Assembly (NCBI RefSeq): GCF_021246445.1
Contig: NZ_JAJQXW010000001.1
Location: forward strand, 930,001-994,000
Reading direction: 5' to 3'
Length of the DNA: 64,000 bases
From: Rhabdothermincola salaria
GTDB lineage: Bacteria; Actinomycetota; Acidimicrobiia; Acidimicrobiales; Acidimicrobilacustridaceae
Position numbers and translations under genes: made by a program. Below, piece by piece: positions 57,100 through 64,000 of this stretch. The notes under the pieces were generated by a model. The model worked only from the letters and a program-made list of their open reading frames with translations, did not search any database and had not been told where the DNA came from. Positions within the stretch are counted from its first letter, which is position 1, and every line of letters begins with the position of its first letter.

Positions 57100-58547
57100 C
57101 GGTCGCTCCCTGCGTGGGGCCGGTCGTCGCCAGGCGGTGGCCGCAGCGATTCCAGCACACTGAAGTAGTCGGGGAAGGTCTTGGCCACGCACCCGGGATC
57201 GGCGATGGCCACGCCGGCGGCCCTCAGTCCGAGCAGGGCGAAGCTCATGGCCATGCGGTGGTCGTCGTAGGTCTGCACCACCGCGGCACGAGGGGCGCCG
57301 GGGCGGATACTGAAGCCGTCGTCGTGCTCGGAGGCATCGATCCCGCAGCGGCGCAGCTCGGAGACGACCGCGGCGATGCGGTCGGTCTCCTTGCCGCGGA
57401 TGAAGCCGATGCCGCGCACCCGCGTGGGCGAGTCGGCGAAGACCGCCACCGCGGCGAGGGTCTGGGCGGTATCGGAGATGTCGGCGAAGTCGGCCTCGAC
57501 GCCGCGCAGGGTGCCGGTGCCTCGGACCTCGATGCCGTCGCGCTCGCGCACCACGGTGGCGCCCATGCGCTCGAGCACGTCCACGAAGGCCACGTCGCCC
57601 TGCAGCGAGTCCGGGTCGAGCCCTTCGACCCGCACCCGTCCGCCGGTGATGGCCGCCGCCGCGAAGAAGTACGACGCCGCCGAGGCGTCGGGCTCCACCG
57701 TGTACGACGCGGCCGCTCGGTAGCCCCAGGGCTCGGAGCGATCGTCCGGCGACGACGGACCAGGCCGGTGGATGACGAAGGTGCGCGCGTCCGGGCGTTC
57801 GACCGGCACGCCGAAGGAGCGCATCACCGCCACCGTCATGTCGAGGTAGGGCACCGACACGGGTGTCGTGGTGAGGCGCACCGTCATGGTGCCCGGAGGG
57901 CCGCACGGGGCGCTCAACAACAGCCCGGAGACGAACTGGCTGGACACGTCGCCCGGCAGGTCGAGCACCTGTGCAGGAGGGATCGGCGCGCTCGTCGCGC
58001 CCCCGCCACCGAGCGAGCTCGCGCCCGACGCCGGCGGGCCGCCCGTGCCCCGCACGGTGACGGGCAGGTGGCCGGGTCGGCCCTCCTCCACCACCTCGGC
58101 CCCCATGGCTCGCAGCGCGTCGAGCACCGGGCCCATGGGACGGGCTCGCAGGGCCTCCGCCCCGTCCAGGCGGTACGGACCGGCGCCCAGCGTCAACATG
58201 GGCAGGACGAAGCGCGACGTGGTGCCCGACAGCCGGGCGTCGAGATCGACGGGGCCATCCGCGATGCGTCCGCCGACACCGTCGACGGTGACCGTGAGGG
58301 TGGGCCGGTCGATGCGCACGTGTGCGCCCAGGCGGGCGATGCAGTCGAGCATGGCCTCGGTGTCGTCGGCGAAGAGCACGCCGGTCAGCACGCTGCGCCC
58401 GGGGGCCAGGGCGGCGGCGACGAGCGCTCGGTTGGTGATGCTCTTGGAGCCGGGCGGGCGCACGACGGCGTCGACCGGGCCCGCGAAGGGCAGCACCTCG
58501 TACGGGTCCGGGAGCGGGGCACCCGGCGGGCTGGCCGCGGCGGTCAT
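57096..58547 (-). CDS. aroA: EPSP synthase
   Basis: PGSKSITNR, SGTTSRF, SSQFVSG, KETDR, DDHRMAM, KTFP. Confidence 0.96.
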   Translation of the reverse strand: MTAAASPPGAPLPDPYEVLPFAGPVDAVVRPPGSKSITNRALVAAALAPGRSVLTGVLFADDTEAMLDCIARLGAHVRIDRPTLTVTVDGVGGRIADGPVDLDARLSGTTSRFVLPMLTLGAGPYRLDGAEALRARPMGPVLDALRAMGAEVVEEGRPGHLPVTVRGTGGPPASGASSLGGGGATSAPIPPAQVLDLPGDVSSQFVSGLLLSAPCGPPGTMTVRLTTTPVSVPYLDMTVAVMRSFGVPVERPDARTFVIHRPGPSSPDDRSEPWGYRAAASYTVEPDASAASYFFAAAAITGGRVRVEGLDPDSLQGDVAFVDVLERMGATVVRERDGIEVRGTGTLRGVEADFADISDTAQTLAAVAVFADSPTRVRGIGFIRGKETDRIAAVVSELRRCGIDASEHDDGFSIRPGAPRAAVVQTYDDHRMAMSFALLGLRAAGVAIADPGCVAKTFPDYFSVLESLRPPPGDDRPHAGSDR

Positions 58548-59671
58548 GTCAGCACCTGGAGCGTCGCCCGGTGGCCCTGGGCCAGCAACCCGCCGAGCAG
58601 GCGCTCACCGAGAGCCGCCTCGACCAGCAGGATCAGCACGCCCTCGTCACCTTCGACCGAGTGAGCGATCTCGATGTCGGCCACGCTGACGTCGAGCTCG
58701 GTGGCCAGCACCATGATCTCGGCCAGGGCCCCCTTGCGGTCGACGATCGGTACGCGGATCTCGGCCAGGTCCTCCGGACGGCTGAAGCGCGCCGGGAGGG
58801 CCAGTCGAGCGGCCCGGGCTCGTTCGAGCACAGCCACGAGGGCATCCCGGTCGTTGTCGGCGACGACGTCGCGCACCTGGGAGAGCGCGGCGATGAGACG
58901 GCTGAGCTCTTCGACGATCGCCGTGCGGTTCTCGGCGCAGATGTCGGGCCAGATGCCCGGGTGGCCGGCGGCGATGCGGGTCATGTCCCGGAAGCCGCCG
59001 GCCGCGAGCCGCAGCAGCCCCCGGTGCTGCTCGGCCCGCTCGTCGGCCAGGCCCATGAGCGACGCCGCGGTGAGGTGGGGCACGTGGGAGACCACCGCGA
59101 CCATGGTGTCGTGGCGTTCCGGAGGGATGGCCACGACCTCGGCGCCGAAGGTCGTGATGACGCCGCGCACCCGGGCGTAGGCGTCGTCGTCGGTGCCGGC
59201 CACGGGCGTGAGCACCCAGGTGCGGCCCTCGAACAGGTCGGCGCGGGCGCCGTCGACCCCTTCGAGCTCGGACCCGGCCATGGGGTGACCGCCCACGTAG
59301 CGCGGGTCGCCCATGAGGTCGAGCATCGGGGTCTTCACGCTGCCGGCGTCGGTGACCAGTCCCCCGGTGTCGGCCAGGGCCCGCACCACCTCGTCGGCGA
59401 CGGAACCGACCGGCACGGCCACGAAGGTGATGTCGGCGTCCACCGGTCCGTCGGGGGCGAGCGCATCGATCGCCCCTCGGTCGAGGGCCCGATCCAGGGT
59501 GGCTCGGTCACGGTCGCGACCGAGCACGAACCACCCGGCTCGCCGCAGGGCCAGAGCGATCGAGCCGCCCACCAGACCGGTGCCCACCACCAGGGCTCGT
59601 CGCCCCGCCGACGCGGGTGTCACCGGCCCGTCTTCGTCGGGGGCCGCTGCGGACCCGGACACGGTGGCCAC
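58544..59671 (-). CDS. tyrA: Prephenate dehydrogenase with an ACT domain
   Basis: GTGLVGGS, DAGSVK, GHPMAG, SHVPH, FRDMTRIA; start approximate. Confidence 0.9.
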   Translation of the reverse strand: MATVSGSAAAPDEDGPVTPASAGRRALVVGTGLVGGSIALALRRAGWFVLGRDRDRATLDRALDRGAIDALAPDGPVDADITFVAVPVGSVADEVVRALADTGGLVTDAGSVKTPMLDLMGDPRYVGGHPMAGSELEGVDGARADLFEGRTWVLTPVAGTDDDAYARVRGVITTFGAEVVAIPPERHDTMVAVVSHVPHLTAASLMGLADERAEQHRGLLRLAAGGFRDMTRIAAGHPGIWPDICAENRTAIVEELSRLIAALSQVRDVVADNDRDALVAVLERARAARLALPARFSRPEDLAEIRVPIVDRKGALAEIMVLATELDVSVADIEIAHSVEGDEGVLILLVEAALGERLLGGLLAQGHRATLQVLT

Positions 59672-59672
59672 G

Positions 59673-60041
59673 TCACTCCGGCAGGTCGTCGCGCAGGCCC
59701 GCCGCCCCCTCGAGGTACACGTGACGCAGCTCGTCGCGGGCCCGTTCGGTCGTGAGGTGCATGAGCACCCTGATGCAGCGCTCGGTGGCGTCGACGATGT
59801 CGAGCTCGCGGGCACAGATCAGGGGGATGTCGCCGAACCCGACGTCGCGGGCCGCCGTGGCGGGAAAGACGCTGTGGATGTCATCGGTGGCGGTGAACAG
59901 CACGCTGATGATGTCGTCGTGGTGCACGCCGTTGCGGTCGAGCATGGCCTGGAGCAGCGCGACGGTGCGCGCCCGCACCTGCTCGGCGGTGTCGGCGTCG
60001 ACGGTCGTGGCCCCACGCAGGGCTCTCACAGCGGCGGTCAC
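59673..60041 (-). CDS. aroH: Chorismate mutase, AroH class
   Basis: VRALRGATTV, FTATDDI...FPA, CIRVL, HVYLEGA..LR. Confidence 0.93.
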   Translation of the reverse strand: MTAAVRALRGATTVDADTAEQVRARTVALLQAMLDRNGVHHDDIISVLFTATDDIHSVFPATAARDVGFGDIPLICARELDIVDATERCIRVLMHLTTERARDELRHVYLEGAAGLRDDLPE

Positions 60042-60052
60042 GGCCGGCGAGC

Positions 60053-60829
60053 CTACCCCTGGTCCGGTCGGGGCCCGGCGGCCCGTTCCAGGGCCCGCAC
60101 CTCGTCGTTGGTGAGCTCGCGCCACGTGCCCGGCTTCAGCCGGCGGTCTGACAGAGGGCCGATGCGGGTGCGCACCAACCGGCTGACGGGGTGGCCGATG
60201 GCCTCGCACATGCGCCGCACCTGGCGGTTGCGGCCCTCGTGGATGACGAGCTTGATGATGGACGGGGCCACCAGCGATGCCTGCGCCGGCGCGGTGCGCC
60301 CGTCCTCGAGCTCGACGCCTTCGCGCAGCTGCCGGATGGCCGCACGCGTCGGGGTGCCCTCCACGTGGGCCACGTACTCCTTGTCGACCCCGAACGACGG
60401 GTGCGTGAGGCGATGGGTCAGCTGGCCGTCGTTGGTGAGCAGCAGCAGGCCCTCGGTGTCGAGGTCGAGGCGGCCCACGGGGAAGACACGGGGCTCATCG
60501 GGCACCAGCTCCACGACGGTGGCGCGCCCCTGGGGGTCGTCGGCGGTGGTGACCACCCCTGCCGGCTTGTTCAACAGGTAGTGGACCCGCCCGGCCCTCA
60601 GCCCGACGGGCACACCGTCGACGGCGACGACGTCGGCCTCGGGATCGATGCGGCGGCCGAGTCGGGCGACGTCGCCGTTGACCGTGACGTGGCCACCGGC
60701 GATGAGGTCCTCGCAGGTGCGACGGCTACCCAGCCCGGCCGCCGCCATCACCTTCTGCAGGCGCTCACCCTCGGAGAGCACGGGTGCGGTGCGGCCCGTA
60801 CCATCCGGCGCGGCGCGGTCGTCGGGCAC
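60053..60829 (-). CDS. rluB: rRNA pseudouridine synthase (RluB/RsuA family)
   Basis: S4 domain ERLQKVMA, GRLDLDTEGL, EGRNRQVRRM. Confidence 0.88.
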   Translation of the reverse strand: MPDDRAAPDGTGRTAPVLSEGERLQKVMAAAGLGSRRTCEDLIAGGHVTVNGDVARLGRRIDPEADVVAVDGVPVGLRAGRVHYLLNKPAGVVTTADDPQGRATVVELVPDEPRVFPVGRLDLDTEGLLLLTNDGQLTHRLTHPSFGVDKEYVAHVEGTPTRAAIRQLREGVELEDGRTAPAQASLVAPSIIKLVIHEGRNRQVRRMCEAIGHPVSRLVRTRIGPLSDRRLKPGTWRELTNDEVRALERAAGPRPDQG

Positions 60830-60832
60830 GGC

Positions 60833-61504
60833 TCAGCTCTCGCCGTCGAGGAGATCGCCGAGGACGGGACGATCGTCCGACGCACCCGCTGCGCCATCGG
60901 CCCCGGGGCCGTTCGGCCCGGTCGTGGACGGGTCGGGAGCGGCCGCCTCGATGCGCAGCCCGTGCTCGAGGGCCTCGACCACGTCGGCTCCGGGCACGAA
61001 GTCAGCCACCGCCGGGAGGTCGGACAGCGAGTTGAGGCCGAGCTTGTCGAGGAACAGCGGCGTGGTGCCGAACAGCACGGCCTGACCAGGGCCGGGATCG
61101 CGGGCCACCTCGGTGATGTAGCCGCGCTGCTCGAGGGTGCGCACCACGCCGTCGACGCTGACCCCCCGGATGGCGGCGACCTGGGCCCGGCTGATGGGCT
61201 GCTTGTAGGCGACGATGGCGAGCGTCTCGAGGGCGGCCGCCGACAGCTTGGCGGTCTGCCCCTCGAGCACGAAGCGCTCGACGTGGGGCGCCTGATCGGA
61301 GTGGCTCTGGTAGCGCCACCCTCCGGCCACCGGGGCCAGCTCGAAGCCCCGTTCCTGGGACCGGTACTCGTCGGCCAGCTCGGCCAGGGCCTCCTCGACC
61401 TCGCCGACGCCCACGTCGAGGATCTGGGCCAGCACCGTGGCCTGCACCGGCGAGTCGGCCACCATGACCATCGCCTCCAGGGCCCGCTTCACCTCCGCGG
61501 CCAC
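60833..61504 (-). CDS. scpB: SMC-Scp subunit ScpB
   Basis: LSAAALETLAIVAYKQP.SR, IRGV, FGTT..FL. Confidence 0.95.
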   Translation of the reverse strand: MAAEVKRALEAMVMVADSPVQATVLAQILDVGVGEVEEALAELADEYRSQERGFELAPVAGGWRYQSHSDQAPHVERFVLEGQTAKLSAAALETLAIVAYKQPISRAQVAAIRGVSVDGVVRTLEQRGYITEVARDPGPGQAVLFGTTPLFLDKLGLNSLSDLPAVADFVPGADVVEALEHGLRIEAAAPDPSTTGPNGPGADGAAGASDDRPVLGDLLDGES

Positions 61505-61507
61505 CCC

Positions 61508-62287
61508 TCAGCCCTCGTAGGTGTCGACGCCGGCGAGGTCGGCCACCGCCATGGCCGGCGAGCCGAGCCACACGATGTCGATGTCGCCGAACGCGGCCGT
61601 CTGGTCGAGCTCCACCAACCCCTGCTTGAACAGCTCGAGCACGGCGAGGAAGCGCACCACGATCTCGATGCGGTCGACCAGGCTCTCGGTGAGGTGGCGG
61701 AACGTGACCCGGCCGGCACGGGGCAGCTCGTCGACGAGCTCGGCCACGGCATCAGTGACGGTGACCTTGATCGAGTGGATGTGGTCCACGCTCACGGCCG
61801 GCTTGGGCTTCGGGGTCATGGCCCGCAGGTACGCCGCCTTGAGGTCCTCGGCGTCGATCCCCGCCAACAGGTCCGGTGTCAGCTCCAGGAAGCGATCGTC
61901 GGGGCCGGCGGTCCTCGGTCGCGAGAGCGACGCAGCGTCGGCCAGCGAGGCGAACACGGCGGCGGCGTCCTTGAACGTCTTGCAGTCGAGCAGACGGGCC
62001 AGGAGCAGGTCGCGCTCCTCCCAGAGGGCGAACTCGTCGTCGAGGTCGACGTCGGCGTCCTCGGGCAGGAGGCGCTTGCACTTGAGCTCCACCAAGGTGG
62101 CGGCGATGAGGAGGAACTCGGTGGTGACCTCGAGGTCGAGGAACTCCATGCGATCGAGCTCGGCCAGGTAGGCGTCGATGATGCGCGACAGCGAGATCTC
62201 GTAGAGGTCGACCTGCTCGCGCAGGATCAGGTGGAGCAGCAGGTCGAAGGGACCCTCGAACACGGGGGTCTGCACCTCATAGGGCAT
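61508..62287 (-). CDS. scpA: SMC-Scp kleisin ScpA
   Basis: FEGPFDLLLHLI, FLLIAATLVELK, FLAVLEL. Confidence 0.95.
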   Translation of the reverse strand: MPYEVQTPVFEGPFDLLLHLILREQVDLYEISLSRIIDAYLAELDRMEFLDLEVTTEFLLIAATLVELKCKRLLPEDADVDLDDEFALWEERDLLLARLLDCKTFKDAAAVFASLADAASLSRPRTAGPDDRFLELTPDLLAGIDAEDLKAAYLRAMTPKPKPAVSVDHIHSIKVTVTDAVAELVDELPRAGRVTFRHLTESLVDRIEIVVRFLAVLELFKQGLVELDQTAAFGDIDIVWLGSPAMAVADLAGVDTYEG

Positions 62288-62383
62288 CGGCCCACGATAG
62301 GCCCGCCACGACGAGGCCCGGTGCACCGCGGTGGAGGTGCCCCTCGTCGCCGCCGGAGGTCTCGCCGCCTACCATCGCGGACG

Positions 62384-63022
62384 ATGCCCACATCGGCCCT
62401 CCACGCCCCGTCCGGACCGACCCCGCCGCCGCCGGGAACCGCCGGACGGCGCCTACGGGGCCGCGTCCTCGTCGGAGCGCTCGTGGTGCTCGGAGCCCTC
62501 GGCGCCTGCTCGTCGGAGCCGGAAGGTCCGCCTCCCGCCGAGGCGGCCGACGTCGTGGCGGGCGGTTTCGGGCTCGGCACCGATGTGCGGCAGTGCCTGC
62601 TCGGGCGTTTCGAGGACGACCCTTCGTCCAGTGTCGCCCTGTCCATCGGTGGGGCCGCCTCGCTGGACGACCGCCGAGCCCTCCAGGACGTGCTCGAGGG
62701 GTGCATCACGCCGGAGGCCCTCGCCGAGGTGATCGCCGCCGGCGCCGGCGCCGGCGTCCCCGGCACCGACGGCGAGCGGCAGGCCTGCCTCGAGCGAGAG
62801 GTCCTGGCCCTCGACCAGGAGCGGCGGTCGCTGCTGCTGGTGGGCCTGGCCCTGTCGGGCGACGGCACGCCCGACCAGCTCGACGTCGACCTGGGCGCGG
62901 TGACCAGCGAGCTGTTCGCGGCCTGCGACGTGGCATTCGACACCGACCCGGGCGACACCGACCCGGGCGACACCGACCCGAGCGACACCACCACCGCTCC
63001 CGGTTCCACCTCCGCACCCTGA
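62384..63022 (+). CDS. Putative lipoprotein
   Basis: Lipobox LGAC, paired Cys, DTDPG-repeat tail (15-bp unit, about 3 copies); TACCAT box upstream. Confidence 0.65.
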   Translation: MPTSALHAPSGPTPPPPGTAGRRLRGRVLVGALVVLGALGACSSEPEGPPPAEAADVVAGGFGLGTDVRQCLLGRFEDDPSSSVALSIGGAASLDDRRALQDVLEGCITPEALAEVIAAGAGAGVPGTDGERQACLEREVLALDQERRSLLLVGLALSGDGTPDQLDVDLGAVTSELFAACDVAFDTDPGDTDPGDTDPSDTTTAPGSTSAP

Positions 63023-63131
63023 CTCCGCCGAGGCCCCGACGGGCGGTCTCGTCCGCAGCCCCCGCCCACGAGCCCGACCGACGGGCAACCCCTTCGGGAG
63101 GGCGTCACCGGCGTCGGTAGCATCGCCCCCC

Positions 63132-64000
63132 ATGACGCGCGTGTTCTCGGGCATCAAGCCCACCGGTCCGGTCCAGCTCGGCAACCTCCTGGGCGCCTTG
63201 CGCCACTGGGTCGCCGACCAGGGCGAGGCCGACACGGTGTTCTGCGTCGTGGACCTCCACGCCTTGACCGTCCCCCAGGACCCCGCCGAGCTGCGCTCGC
63301 GCACCCTCGAGCTGGCCCAGCTCCTCGTCGCCATCGGGATCGACCCGGATCGTTCCACCCTGTTCGTGCAGAGCCACGTGCCCGAACACGCCGAGCTGTC
63401 CTGGATCCTCGAGTGCACCGCCTCGTTCGGCGAGCTGCGCCGCATGACCCAGTTCAAGGACAAGAGCGACGGGGCCGACTTCGTCTCGGCGGGGTTGTTC
63501 ACCTACCCGGCGCTGATGGCAGCCGACATCTTGCTCTACGACACCGACCGGGTGCCGGTGGGCGACGACCAGCGCCAGCACCTCGAGCTCTCCCGCGACC
63601 TGGCCATCCGGTTCAACCACCGCTACGGCGACACGTTCGTCGTCCCCGAGGCGGCGATCCCCAAGGTCGGGGCCCGCGTCATGGACCTGCAGCAGCCGAC
63701 CCGCAAGATGTCGAAGTCGGAGGACTCGCCCCAGGGCACGATCCTGGTGCTCGAACCCCTCGACAGCGTGGCCAAGAAGATCAAGCGGGCCGTCACCGAC
63801 AACGACACCGAGGTCCGCTTCGATCCGGAGGCCAAACCGGGCGTGTCCAACCTGTTGTCCATCCTCGGGGCCTGCACCGGCGAGGACCCCGCCACCGTCG
63901 GGGAGACCTACACCCGCTACGGCGACCTCAAGGCCGCCTGCGCCGAAGCGGTCGTCGAGACGCTGCGCCCCATCCAGGACCGCTTCGCCGAGCTCGCCGC
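63132..64000 (+). CDS. trpS: Tryptophan-tRNA ligase (3' end outside window)
   Basis: MTRVFSGIKPTG, YPALMAADIL, VPVGDDQ, KMSKS; absent from the ORF track because it runs off the edge. Confidence 0.95.
   Translation, partial: MTRVFSGIKPTGPVQLGNLLGALRHWVADQGEADTVFCVVDLHALTVPQDPAELRSRTLELAQLLVAIGIDPDRSTLFVQSHVPEHAELSWILECTASFGELRRMTQFKDKSDGADFVSAGLFTYPALMAADILLYDTDRVPVGDDQRQHLELSRDLAIRFNHRYGDTFVVPEAAIPKVGARVMDLQQPTRKMSKSEDSPQGTILVLEPLDSVAKKIKRAVTDNDTEVRFDPEAKPGVSNLLSILGACTGEDPATVGETYTRYGDLKAACAEAVVETLRPIQDRFAELA

Noticed and set aside
63023..63131. T-box or attenuator upstream of trpS
   Set aside because: Short region with a -10-like box right before the ATG and no Trp leader peptide

Overview
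High-GC actinobacterial chromosomal segment; gene content and order suggest class Acidimicrobiia (inference). The left third holds the Pup-proteasome locus (dop, pup, prcBA, pafABC), followed by lepB, tatB-tatC, helY and a double-length thyX. A 28-bp XerCD dif-like site lies at 21345-21372, where gene orientation flips (22 of 25 genes on + before it, 30 of 40 on - after it), so this is probably the replication terminus. Beside dif, a lipoprotein metallopeptidase and a zinc-finger protein gene are bracketed by an exact 16-bp repeat with a palindromic core, followed by a cobalamin-riboswitch-controlled exported protein. The remainder holds a tandem glycine riboswitch with gcvP, gcvT, the pgsA2-manC-gcvH-FHA-MerR-nuclease-MerR cluster, SRAP, lysS, a small decayed accessory islet at tRNA-Pro(GGG), der, a DUF512 radical SAM gene, ispH, the scpAB-rluB-aroH-tyrA-aroA-cmk-plsC run and the start of trpS. 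No CRISPR array, IS, integrase or prophage was seen. All calls come from motif recognition by eye; no database searches were run.
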